Source: Macrostomum lignano (Eukaryota). Taken from it: a stretch of DNA of 64,000 nt. Of this stretch, positions 49,153-59,459 are shown piece by piece. Below the pieces are notes generated by a model, which was not told the origin of the DNA, ran no database searches, and saw only the letters and a list, made by a program, of their open reading frames with translations. How positions within the stretch are numbered: the first letter of the stretch is position 1; each line of letters starts with the position of its first letter. Position numbers and translations under genes: made by a program. The DNA lies in contig NIVC01000010.1 of NCBI GenBank assembly GCA_002269645.1, forward strand, positions 496,001 to 560,000. The letters are read 5' to 3'.

Positions 49153-52100
49153 ATGGCTACAACTGGTAGAATTCCAGAACTCTCTGCAAACTCTGACATT
49201 GAGGTATACCTAGAGAGGCTCGAACAATATTTCATCTGTAAAGAAGTCCGAGACGAGGCGAAGGTCGCCACGCTGGTGACCGCCATCGGAGAAGACGCTT
49301 ACAAGGTTCTTCGGAATCTGTGCCTGCCGGAAACGGTGACCTCCAAGTCATACTCAGACTTAGCTGCGGTCTTGAGGGCACATTACTCTCCCAAGACGTC
49401 AATGTTATCCGCCAGATTCCGCTTTCAACAGCGCGTGCAGAAGCCCGGCGAGAGTCTCGCGGACTTTATTGCTGGCCTAAAGGCTGCCTCGGAGCATTGC
49501 AAATTTGAGTTCACTCTGGACGGGTCAGACGGATCCCACTGCATCAGCACTCTGGACGAGAGACTGCGCGACCAGTTTGTCTTCGGTCTCCGCAGTGATG
49601 TGCATCGTGCAAAGCTGCTGGAGATCGAACAGCCCGACTTCAAGACGCTCGTGGCCAGAGTCGACGCATTGGAGGCAGCGGATAAATCGTCGTCGGAGAT
49701 GGCGCACCGTGCTGAAGCAGTTGCCCACCTGCGTCTCCACAAGAAGCCCGCTGCGCCCAAAGAGCTCAACAAATTCAACAAGCAGGCTCCCCGGCAGCCG
49801 CCCGGAGCTCAAGCCAACGCTATGCGGGCAGCTGCTGCCTCAGGCGCGTGTGCAAGCTGCGGCGGCGCCCACAGTCGGCAGCAGTGCAAGCTTCGTGAGG
49901 CCAAGTGCCATAACTGCGGCAAAGTCGGGCACATCCGCAAGGTGTGCAGGTCTTCAAAGCTGCACAAGCTGGACCCAGAGCCGTCTGAGCAGCAGGAGCC
50001 CCTCTTCAGCATTAGGCAGAGCGGATCGAGCAAGGGTCTGGCGGTCAAGCTGCTGCTCCAAGGCAAGCCATGTCGCTTCGAGGTGGATACCGGCTCCGCC
50101 CTCACCGTCATCCCGAAGAGTCTCCAAGAGGATGTCCTGCCGGGTCTCCGTCTGTCGCCGACATCCACGGTGCTGCGCACCTACACGGGCGAGAGCTTTC
50201 GACCCATCGGACAGGCAGAGGTCGCAGTTCAGCATAATGGCCAAGATCGGCGGTTGACGCTGCTTGTGGTCGAGCAAGGCGATGTCGCACTACTGGGTCG
50301 CGACTGGCTGACGCAGCTGAGATTGGACTGGCCGACGATCCTTGGTCAGGTCAACTCAGTGACCGGACAAGCAGCTGATCTGCTCGCGCAGTTCCCCGAG
50401 GTCTTCCAAGGCGGCCTTGGCACCTATCGGCACGGCGAGGTGAAACTGCACATGCCGACTGAGGCGAAGCCGCGCTTTTTCAAGGCCAGACCGGTCCCCT
50501 ATGCACTCCGGGAGCGCGTCGATCAGGAACTTCGACGGATGGAGACTGACGGCATCATCACGCCAGTCAAACATTCCGACTGGGCTGCGCCAATTGTGCC
50601 TGTTGTCAAGAAGGACGGTTCGGTGAGGATCTGCGGCGACTACAAGCTCACCTACAACGCAGAGTCCAGGCCGGAGCTGTACCCACTGCCGCGCATTGAG
50701 GACTTATTTGCAAAGCTGGGTGGCGGCTGCAAATGGTCCAAGCTGGACATGTCAAACGCCTTCCTGCAGCTGCCATTGTCTGAGGACAGCAAGCCCTTCT
50801 TGACCATCAACACGCAGCGAGGCCTGTACCAGCTGAACCGCATGCCGTTCGGCATCAACTGCGCCAGTGCGGTATTCCAGCGCACGCTAGACTCGCTGCT
50901 CGGTGACCTAGAGTCTGTGCAAGTCTTTGTGGACGACATCCTGGTGACGGGCAAGATGCTGCAGCATCATCGCGAGAATCTTATCAAGGTCCTTCAGCGC
51001 CTACGGGAGGCGGGCCTACGGCTGAACAAAGACAAGTGCGAGTTGTTCCGCGATTCGGTCGAGTATCTGGGCCACCGGATCGACAGCAACGGACTGCGGC
51101 CGCTGACAGAGAAGGTGAAGGCGGTGCAGGACGCCCCGCCACCCGCAGACTGCAGTCAACTCCGAGCTTATTTGGGCATGTTGACGCACTACGGCAAATT
51201 TCTGCCTCATCTGTCCACGGTTGTCGCTCCCCTGAATCAGCTGCTGACTAAGAACACGCGCTGGACGTGGGGGGAGCCTCAGCAGATAGCCTTCGAGAAG
51301 TCCAAGCGTCTTCTGCTCGAGTCTCCGGTGCTGATGCATTATGACGCCAAGCTGCCGCTGCGGCTAGAGTGCGACGCCAGCCCCTATGGTCTCGGCGTGG
51401 TGCTGACGCACCGAGTGGACGGCCAGGACCGAGCCATTGCCTTCGCAAGTCGCAGCCTGACGACGGCTCAAAAGGGCTACTCGCAGTTAGACAAGGAGGC
51501 GCTAGCGATCATGTTCGGCCTCCAGCGCTTCAATCAGTTCCTCCAAGGCCGCAAGTTCGTCATCGTGACCGACCACAAGCCGCTCCTAGGACTTCTCGGT
51601 GAAAACAAGGCGATTCCAGAGCACGCCGCGGCTCGCATGCAGCGCTGGGCGATCCGTTTGGCCGGTTACGACTACTCGCTGGAGTTCCGGCCCACCAGCA
51701 AGCATGCCAACTGCGACTCTCTGTCCCGGCTGCCATTGCCGAGGCAGTTTGAGGAAGAGCCGGCCGTCAACGCCCTGCTACTGGATGAGGAGACCGGGTC
51801 CGCCATAACGGCTCAGGCGGTCGCGCGCAGCACTCGCTCGGATGCCATTCTCGGCCGGGTGCTTCGCTGTCTGCAGACTGGCGCGCCAATGGCTGGCGCC
51901 GATCTCATCGACTTCTCGAGGCGCCAGGACGAGCTGAGCGTTGAACAAGGCTGCGTGCTGTGGGGCGCCCGCGTCGTGGTGCCCGCGGCTCTGCGACAAG
52001 GCGTGCTGGACGAGCTGCACCAGGCGCATCCCGGCATCAACCGCATGCGAGCGCTAGCCCGCAGCTACGTCTGGTGGCCCGGCCTGGACGAGCAGCTTGC

Positions 52101-53088
52101 GTTGACCGTCAAGTCGTGCCGGACCTGCATGCTGAACCAGGCCGACCCGCCCAAGGCGCCGGTGCAACCGTGGCCGTTTCCTGCTGAACCTTGGGCGAGG
52201 CTGCACCTGGACTTCGCCGGCCCCGTTAACGGTCGCACGTACCTGGTCATCGTGGACGCCTTCAGCAAGTGGCCGGAGGTTCATCAGGTGCACAGCGTTA
52301 CGTCTGCTGCCACCATCGAGCGACTCCGCGAGGTCTTCGCCAGACTGGGCATTCCCCGGGTGTTGGTCTCCGACAACGGCACGCAGTTCACCTCCGCGGA
52401 GTTCGGCGAGTTCACAAGGCGCAACGGAATTCGGCATGTTTTCTCGGCGCCGTTCCATCCGGCAACGAACGGCCAAGCGGAGAGATTCGTTCAGGTGCTC
52501 AAGCGACATCTGCTCAAGAGCGGGCACTCGACGGCGGCACTGCAGCAGATGCTGCTGTCCTACCGCAACACGCCGCACTCGATCACCGGCGAAGCTCCCA
52601 GCCAGCTGCTCATCGGCCGCAGACTGCGCAGTCGGCTGGACCTGCTGATGCCATCGCTGACGAGCAGCATGCAGCAACACCAAGAGCGGCAGGTCGAGCA
52701 GCAGCCGCATGCGCGCGAGTTTCAAGTCGGCGACCGAGTTCTACTGCGCGACTTCAGCTCCAACGCTAGGGCTGGCGGCGGCACTCGCTGGGCGGAGGGC
52801 AGCGTCGTGTCCGCTGGATCCCGCAACTGCGACGTTGAGGTCGGCGGCGCTCTCCATCGGCGGCACACGGACCAGCTGCTGACGAGCTCGCTGCCAGAGG
52901 CCGACCCGGTGACGCCGGCCGCTGTCTCCGATGAACCGCATTCGCTGCCCACCGAGCAAAGCGAAGGCGACGGCGGCAATGACGCGCCGCAGGATGACGC
53001 GGCCACCGCCGCCGCTGACCGGCCGAGCAGTCCGGCGAGGCGCTATCCGCAGCGTCGGAGGCAGCCACCTGAACGCCTGCAACTTTGA
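49153..53088 (+). CDS. Gag-Pol polyprotein (1311 aa): gag with two CCHC-type knuckles, protease, RT, RNase H, integrase
   Basis: CHNCGKVGHIRKVC; FEVDTGS; DWAAPIVPV...CGDYK...FVDDIL; CDASPYG; HHCC zinc motif and HLDFAGP...SDNG...NGQAER. Confidence 0.97.
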   Translation: MATTGRIPELSANSDIEVYLERLEQYFICKEVRDEAKVATLVTAIGEDAYKVLRNLCLPETVTSKSYSDLAAVLRAHYSPKTSMLSARFRFQQRVQKPGESLADFIAGLKAASEHCKFEFTLDGSDGSHCISTLDERLRDQFVFGLRSDVHRAKLLEIEQPDFKTLVARVDALEAADKSSSEMAHRAEAVAHLRLHKKPAAPKELNKFNKQAPRQPPGAQANAMRAAAASGACASCGGAHSRQQCKLREAKCHNCGKVGHIRKVCRSSKLHKLDPEPSEQQEPLFSIRQSGSSKGLAVKLLLQGKPCRFEVDTGSALTVIPKSLQEDVLPGLRLSPTSTVLRTYTGESFRPIGQAEVAVQHNGQDRRLTLLVVEQGDVALLGRDWLTQLRLDWPTILGQVNSVTGQAADLLAQFPEVFQGGLGTYRHGEVKLHMPTEAKPRFFKARPVPYALRERVDQELRRMETDGIITPVKHSDWAAPIVPVVKKDGSVRICGDYKLTYNAESRPELYPLPRIEDLFAKLGGGCKWSKLDMSNAFLQLPLSEDSKPFLTINTQRGLYQLNRMPFGINCASAVFQRTLDSLLGDLESVQVFVDDILVTGKMLQHHRENLIKVLQRLREAGLRLNKDKCELFRDSVEYLGHRIDSNGLRPLTEKVKAVQDAPPPADCSQLRAYLGMLTHYGKFLPHLSTVVAPLNQLLTKNTRWTWGEPQQIAFEKSKRLLLESPVLMHYDAKLPLRLECDASPYGLGVVLTHRVDGQDRAIAFASRSLTTAQKGYSQLDKEALAIMFGLQRFNQFLQGRKFVIVTDHKPLLGLLGENKAIPEHAAARMQRWAIRLAGYDYSLEFRPTSKHANCDSLSRLPLPRQFEEEPAVNALLLDEETGSAITAQAVARSTRSDAILGRVLRCLQTGAPMAGADLIDFSRRQDELSVEQGCVLWGARVVVPAALRQGVLDELHQAHPGINRMRALARSYVWWPGLDEQLALTVKSCRTCMLNQADPPKAPVQPWPFPAEPWARLHLDFAGPVNGRTYLVIVDAFSKWPEVHQVHSVTSAATIERLREVFARLGIPRVLVSDNGTQFTSAEFGEFTRRNGIRHVFSAPFHPATNGQAERFVQVLKRHLLKSGHSTAALQQMLLSYRNTPHSITGEAPSQLLIGRRLRSRLDLLMPSLTSSMQQHQERQVEQQPHAREFQVGDRVLLRDFSSNARAGGGTRWAEGSVVSAGSRNCDVEVGGALHRRHTDQLLTSSLPEADPVTPAAVSDEPHSLPTEQSEGDGGNDAPQDDAATAAADRPSSPARRYPQRRRQPPERLQL

Positions 53089-53157
53089 TCCTGAATTTGA
53101 ACTGACTCTGACTTCGAACGAACTTTGCTAGGGGATGTTTCGAACTTTAGGGGGAGA

Positions 53158-53282
53158 TGTCAGATAGTTAGTTATGTGTATGGCTTGGCTAGGTCTCTCA
53201 GTTAGTTATTATTATTTGTTTATTTTTTAGATCTAGTGCACTTTTGCCACCCCAGTGTCGGTGGGGTTTGGAGTTGGTTATT

Positions 53283-53322
<40 letters not shown>

Positions 53323-53461
53323 TGTTCAGTCACCCACCCCTAATCTCTGTCTGTGCTGAGTCAGTAAATCAATATAAATAAATACAACACCGCGCGTGGA
53401 GAGTTTCACGTGTCCTTCCTTTTCTACTTCTAACTACAATCACTCGGCTCATAATTTCACA
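53158..53461 (+). repeat. 3' LTR (304 bp)
   Basis: Matches the 5' LTR by eye except for (CT)17. Confidence 0.97.
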
Positions 53462-53516
53462 TTTAGTATATGGGATTGGATTAGAGATTTAGTATATTTA
53501 AATTAAATTAAACAAA

Positions 53517-53678
53517 AGGTAGATCTAGGGGAAAGGCAAGGGGGCCATGGCCTTCCCCTTTTAGCTGCAGCCAAAAATTGTCAAGCAACTATTCTGGGTC
53601 TATTTTATAATTTCAAGTTTTAATGCTTGGTATAGGCCCCTAACTTGCCTTCCCCTCAAAAATTTCAAGATCTATGCC
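53517..53678. mobile_element. Degenerate hAT-like MITE
   Basis: GGTAGATCTAGGGGAAAGGCAAGGGGGCCATGGCC...GCCTTCCCCTC...AAGATCTATGCC; inverted ends resembling common GGCGGATCTAGGG-type MITEs. Confidence 0.4.
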
Positions 53679-54799
53679 TAATATAACTACTTAAAATCCC
53701 ATGAATATATTTATAGCCAAACTTCTAATTTAACTTTATTCAATTTTTTTTTCTATGAATGATAAGCAATAGAACTTGGCTTTTGTATAATTAAAATTTA
53801 ATTATTTCTCAAGTTGAAGATTTTTTACATTTTTGCCTTATTGGAAAAAAGTTGCTAGATGGCAGACAAATTTCTGGCACATTTTCAATCTGACCTTGTG
53901 ACAGGGCAAATTTTCTTTAAGGTGGAACTTGGTGTGGTGCAACATAGTGCAAAACTTGGCCTAGTGCTTAGAATCCATATAAAAATGGCCCTATATAAAA
54001 TTTGCTAAATGTCAAAATGTCAAAAGTTAGCAAGGTTATTTGGCATACTTTGTATAGCATTGTTATTTTGTTGGTGTGCCATCATTGCCAGAGCAATGCA
54101 AAGTGCCAAAAAGTGCCAATATTTGCTGACCCCTTGATGTGGCCTATGTACCGTGGAGAGTGATGTGACCCCTTGGTGCATTTTGCTGGACCCTCGATGC
54201 ACATTTGGGCATTTTCAAAAATGATTCTGATAGGACATGTTTGTGTATGCAGATATATCAATTGATTTCTTTATGCATGCAAGATAGGCTATATAAAATC
54301 TTATTAAGTCCTATTGACTTATATAAGAATGAAATAAGCCTTTAGGGACTTCTTGCACAATGATTAATGGATATATTAAGGCAAAAAGCATATTAATTAT
54401 TATATAATAATTATACTAAGTAGGATTATATTTATTTTTAATTTAATATATTCATAAGGTATAAGTAGCAATTCAGTTGTCTTAGGCCTAATAATTGTTT
54501 TTAACCAGTCTTAATGATCTAAAGCAACTTATTTTATTAGTCATCTAAAGCTGCCAGTCCTTTACTAAGCAGCAATCTGAAACCAGTCTTTCATTAAGAA
54601 TTTGAGCAGCCATCCAAAACCAGTCCTTCATTAAGAATTTGAGCAACCATCTGAAACCTGTCCTCCATTAAGCAACCATCTTGTGTGTACAACTGAACAA
54701 ATTCCATAATCATTTAACTGCCAAGTCTAAAGCTATGCTAACAATAAAAATTGCAGAATCAATATTCAGTCAAACCACAAAACAGTTGTCAGAAATACA

Positions 54800-56428
54800 A
54801 TGCAACAGCAGCCAGTTGATGAGTTGCCTGGATATAGATACGATCCCATCAAGCGACGCTACTTCCGACTTGAAACGCCTGGTTCTGCACCATCCAATTA
54901 TGACAGAGCCTATCGGAGTGACACTGAGCCAAAACAAGTTTCCACAGCATCATTAAAATCGGTCTGTCTCACGCGGTATCTATTTAGTCGATCTTTAGGC
55001 CCTACTAAAACGTCTGCTCAACAATCACCTTCTAGCGTCATTGCTCAATGCCGATTATCAGTTTGCCCACCGCCATCCAGATGTCAGCAATCTTGCCACG
55101 GACCACCAGCTATCGTTCGTCGTCCAACAAGGCTTGTGTCGAATTTGTTTCGTAACTTTACTAATAGTAGTTCATCGAAACGTTTTGACTCGATCTATAT
55201 CGGGGTGCACACTGGCTGCTCTGTTGATGGAATTCCTGGCGTGTCTAGCGGTGGATTATTGGAAGAGTCGCGCCGTTTTGGTCTGCGCATTAGACGAAAT
55301 CGTCAACAGAAGATTAACAAGACTCTAAAATTCAAGCCGCTTTCGCAAGACGCACAACGTCGGATCTTTGAACTGCCGGCGCCTGCAGCTTTCCCAACGT
55401 CCGTGGCCTTTGATTTGGTCAAGGCGCCAACTTGCATTGCCGACTGCGACACTTTAACCGTTGCCGCCTTTGCTAATTGCGCCAATAGTAATAACGGCAG
55501 CATTCAACTATCTGTATTGGCTAGAAAGGCTACAGTCAATCCAAACGCAGATGCTGATGATGCTAGTAACAATGGCACGTCTTTAATCAGTTCTCATAGT
55601 TTTACTTCAAACGTTGGCATTCGCTGGCCCAGCAGTAGTAGAAGTTTTAAAAGAAAAGGCTTCTCAGTAGTCGATCAAGGCGATCAACTTGTGGATTTGC
55701 GTATCTCACCCGGTGTAGTCGATTTTCAAACGGCTCTGGCTGGTCGACACGCCGTGTTTTGCCTACCTTCGGTTAATAGTCTCCGTTCGGCAGCTTCTAG
55801 CATTGTCTTGTCGCCATTGTGCACTGCCAGATCGCCTATTGTCAATTTAGACGCCACATTGCTGGCGTCAAACAGCCGCTTATTGGCTGTTTGCTCATTG
55901 AACGATCTACTCTTAGCCGATGCTCGAGCTTCCACCGTTGCCGTTTCCATTCGTCGACAGTGTCGGCATAATTTCACCGCTTGCAAATTTCTAGTATCAG
56001 ATTCGAACTTCGATCCCAGAGTTATTGTTGCAGACAGTCCGGGAGCTTGTCTGCTATTTGACATTCGAAACCCTTCAAAGACTCTCGCCGTTCTGTCGCC
56101 TTGCCAAATAGATGGCGACAATCGCGACGATGTTGGATTAGGGCATCGGGCCTCCTGGCTACAGACAGATTCGCGTTGCGATCTTGTTGCTAGGACCGAT
56201 CCTAGGGGACTGGCCACTGTTTGGTACGTCAATTCGGGCAGGTGTTGCGAGAACAAAGAGAACATCTCGCCATTGTTGACGATTCCTGCGCCGTCCATTG
56301 GTGGACTGACCTTGCCAGTGTTGGTCGATTCGGATGACACTGGTAACATGATGCCGGCTGGACTAGCGGCTCTAGAGCTAACTGGAGAGGCCGACTGTGA
56401 CCTGGCATTTTGGCCTATTGCATTTTGA
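54800..56428 (+). CDS. DCAF4: DCAF4/WDR21-like WD40 protein, single exon, 542 aa
   Basis: The N-terminal ELPGYRYDPIKRRYFRL matches the DCAF4-family ELPGFYFDPEKKRYF motif. WD-like C-terminal strands (CLLFDIRNP, ATVWYV). Divergent elsewhere. Confidence 0.7.
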   Translation: MQQQPVDELPGYRYDPIKRRYFRLETPGSAPSNYDRAYRSDTEPKQVSTASLKSVCLTRYLFSRSLGPTKTSAQQSPSSVIAQCRLSVCPPPSRCQQSCHGPPAIVRRPTRLVSNLFRNFTNSSSSKRFDSIYIGVHTGCSVDGIPGVSSGGLLEESRRFGLRIRRNRQQKINKTLKFKPLSQDAQRRIFELPAPAAFPTSVAFDLVKAPTCIADCDTLTVAAFANCANSNNGSIQLSVLARKATVNPNADADDASNNGTSLISSHSFTSNVGIRWPSSSRSFKRKGFSVVDQGDQLVDLRISPGVVDFQTALAGRHAVFCLPSVNSLRSAASSIVLSPLCTARSPIVNLDATLLASNSRLLAVCSLNDLLLADARASTVAVSIRRQCRHNFTACKFLVSDSNFDPRVIVADSPGACLLFDIRNPSKTLAVLSPCQIDGDNRDDVGLGHRASWLQTDSRCDLVARTDPRGLATVWYVNSGRCCENKENISPLLTIPAPSIGGLTLPVLVDSDDTGNMMPAGLAALELTGEADCDLAFWPIAF

Positions 56429-56759
56429 CTAGTGGTTGAGCTGCAACTTAGAGCAAGTTAAGAACAAGTTCTTAAAGTTGCTATTATTGTTATGATAATT
56501 GCATGTATGAAAAAATAGTGTTTAGTGGTATCTTGTGCAGTCTACTAAAAATGTTTGTAAATACGATCAATCTGTGAATTTTTAATTTTCGGTGCAACGT
56601 CAGTTCATTTTTTTTCTTTTTTTCATACAAAAAATAAGCATAGGAATCAAAATAAAGACTATTATAGTTTACAAAATTCAGATTTTTGCCACCATATGTT
56701 TAGCAATGTGCACTTGGTTTGACACCACCATGATGCTGACACCCGATTTTCTCAAGTTT

Positions 56760-57420
56760 GACACATCTGACACCCTCTGAAATCAGAGTTAATACCCTCT
56801 GACACTTGATTTGGTACCCTCTGATACTTGATTTGGTACCCTCTCACACTTGATTGAGTACCCTGTGAAATCCGAGTTGGTACTCTCTGACACTTGATTG
56901 AGTACCCTGTGAAATCCGAGTTGGTACCCTCTGACACTTGATTGAGTACCCTCTGACACTTGATTAAGTACCCTGTGAAATCCGAGTTGGTACCCTCTGA
57001 CACTTGATTTGGCACCCTCTGACACTTGATTTGGCACCCTCTGATACTTGATTTGGTACCCTCTGACACTTGATTTGGCACCCTCTGATACTTGATTTGG
57101 TACCCTCTGACACTTGATTTGGCACCCTCTGAAACTTGATTTGGTACCCTCTGACACTTGATTTGGCACCCTCTGATACTTGATTTGGTACCCTCTGACA
57201 CTTGATTTGGTACCCTCTGATACTTGATTTGGTACCCTCTGAAACTTGATTTGGCACCCTCTGATACTTGATTTGGTACCCTCTGACACTTGATTTGGCA
57301 CCCTCTGATACTTGATTTGGTACCCTCTGACACTTGATTTGGCACCCTCTGATACTTGATTTGGTACCCTCTGAAACTTGATTTTGCACCATTTGACACC
57401 CTATTTGGCACTCTCTGACA
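56760..57420. repeat. 22-bp minisatellite (CTCTGACACTTGATTTGGTACC)
   Basis: Direct observation. Confidence 0.95.
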
Positions 57421-57516
57421 CCCTAAGTTTTATCGCCCCTCAGCACCAGACGATTTATCGCTCCTAACTCTCTCAATGTAGGCATCTAATAATATTTTTG
57501 TATCGGTGCAACTGTA

Positions 57517-57630
57517 AATCATTCGGCCGTTTCTAATGTCAACACACACACATACACTTAAGTCGCTATTGGCTGAAAGCAGTCACGTGACTACTCACAC
57601 CCAATAGCCCTCCAATTGAAACCGCCTGAC
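57517..57630 (+). promoter_or_regulatory. MITE-derived ATTGG / GTCACGTGAC / CCAAT module upstream of INTS6
   Basis: CTATTGGCTGAAAGCAGTCACGTGACTACT...CCAATAG. Homologous to the element at 46580-46744. Confidence 0.5.
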
Positions 57631-57735
57631 GTATCTACAGAATTTTCGTATCTCGTTAACTAATCAATTTCATCGATCCATGATAACAGCTTACTGTATA
57701 TTAATTGGCATTACTGCCCTTAGCCGTACGCCATC

Positions 57736-57945
57736 ATGACTATCATAGTATTCCTAATGGACAATTCTGCGTCCATGAATCAGCGAACTTATCTGGGCAC
57801 AACTCTGCTGGATGTGGCTCGGGGCGCGGTGGAGACTCTAATGAAATTGAGAGCCAGAGAGGCCTCGTCTAGATGGGATCGCTACATGCTGGTGACCTTG
57901 GATGACCCGCCGGCTAATATTAAAGCAGGATGGACTGAGAATCAG
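57736..57945 (+). CDS. INTS6: Integrator complex subunit 6, exon 1 (vWA domain start)
   Basis: MTIIVFLMDNSASMNQRTYLGTTLLDVARGAVETLMKLRAR...DRYMLVT...IKAGW.ENQ closely matches the INTS6 N-terminus. The donor is probably CAG|GCACGT. Confidence 0.95.
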
Positions 57946-57964
57946 GCACGTTTTTCGGGGAACC

Positions 57965-59095
57965 GCTATCCTCAGGGAGTCGCCCTCTATACTCAGAGAG
58001 TCGCCCTCTATACTCAGAGAGTCGCCCTCTATCCTCAGAGAGTCGCCCTCTATCCTCAGAGAGTCGCCCTCTATCCTCAGAGAGTCGCCCTCTATTCTCA
58101 ATTAACGCCCTCTATCCTCAGAGAGTCGCCCTCTATCATCAATTAACGCCCTCTATCCTCAGAGAGTCGCCCTCTATCCTCAGAGAGTCGCCCTCTATCC
58201 TCAGAGAGTCGCCCTCTATCCTCAGAGAGTCGCCCTCTATCCTCAGAGAGTCGCCCTCTATCCTCAGAGAGTCGCCCTCTATACTCAGAGAGTCGCCCTC
58301 TATACTCAGAGAGTCGCCCTCTATCCTCAGAGAGTCGCCCTCTATCCTCAGAGAGTCGCCCTCTATCCTCAGAGTCGCCCTCTATCCTCGGGGAACGCCC
58401 TCTATCCTCGGGGAACGCCCTCTATCCTCAGAGAATCGCTCACTGACCCCATTGAGAATCCCCCACTGACCCCATTGTTAAATCCCTCACTGACCCCATT
58501 GAGATCCCCCCTGACCCAAATGAGGTTCCCCCCTCTGACCCCATTGAGAACCGCTCACTGACCCCATTGAGATTCTCTCTCTGACCTCATTGAGAATCGC
58601 TCACCATTTGAGATTCTCCCACTGACCCCATTGAGATTCTCCCACTGACCCCATTGAGATTCTCCCACTGACCCCATTGAGAATCGCTCACGGACCCCAT
58701 TGAGATTCTCCCACTGACCCCATTGAGATTCTCCCACTGACCCCATTGAGATTCTCCCACTGACCCCATTGAGAATCGCTCACGGACCCCATTGAGATTC
58801 TCCCACTGACCCCATTGAGATTCTCCCACTGACCCCATTGAGATTCTCCCACTGACCCCATTGAGATTCTCCCACTGACCCCATTGAGATTCTCCCACTG
58901 ACCCCATTGAGAATCGCTCACGGACCCCATTGAGATTCTCCCACTGACCCCATTGAGATTCTCCCACTGACCCCATTGAGATTCTCCCACTGACCCCATT
59001 GAGATTCTCCCACTGACCCCATTGAGATTCTCCCACTGACCCCATTGAGATTCTCCCACTGACCCCATTGAGAATCGCTCATGGACCCCCTGACA
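57965..59095. repeat. INTS6 intron 1: 21-bp array (CTCTATCCTCAGAGAGTCGCC) grading into a 23-bp array (CTGACCCCATTGAGATTCTCCCA)
   Basis: Direct observation. Confidence 0.93.
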
Positions 59096-59122
59096 AACGA
59101 CTGTGAACTTTCACTCTGACAG

Positions 59123-59389
59123 GCAGCCTTCACCCAGCAGCTGAAGCTGTTGCGCGCTCACGGCGTCACTACCCTGGGCGCCGGGTTGAAGCGCACGCTG
59201 GATCTGCTAAATCTGAACCGTTTGCAGCACGGCATTGACAACTACGGCTGCGGCAGATTTCCGTTCTACATTGAGCCGGCAGTTATCATTGCGCTGACAG
59301 ACGGCAGAAAGCTTACTAGCGAGGCCGGCATAACGGCCGAACTCAACCTGCCTATGGTTGGTGGCGTTATGGGATCCGAGCTCACCCAG
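59123..59389 (+). CDS. INTS6: INTS6 exon 2
   Basis: AAFTQQLKLLRAHGVTTLG...DLLNLNRLQHGIDNYGCGRFPFYIEPAVIIALTDG...GSELTQ; CAG|GTAATG. Confidence 0.95.
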
Positions 59390-59459
59390 GTAATGCTGAT
59401 AATGAGTGCAGTATTTAGCGTGTTGATACTAATTACTGCTCCAATGGTTGTCAATAGAT

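Larger units (their letters stand above)
48845..53461 (+). mobile_element. Complete Gypsy (Mag-like) LTR retrotransposon
   Basis: TG...CA LTRs, 5-bp TSD TTTAG (48840-44 and 53462-66), PBS TGGCGACGAG, PPT TAGGGGGAGA, and a single gag-pol ORF. Confidence 0.97.

Noticed and set aside
49320-53131. Many alternative-frame and antisense ORFs in the Gypsy body
   Set aside because: Expected by-products of GC-rich coding sequence; none has recognisable motifs (no env-like ORF).
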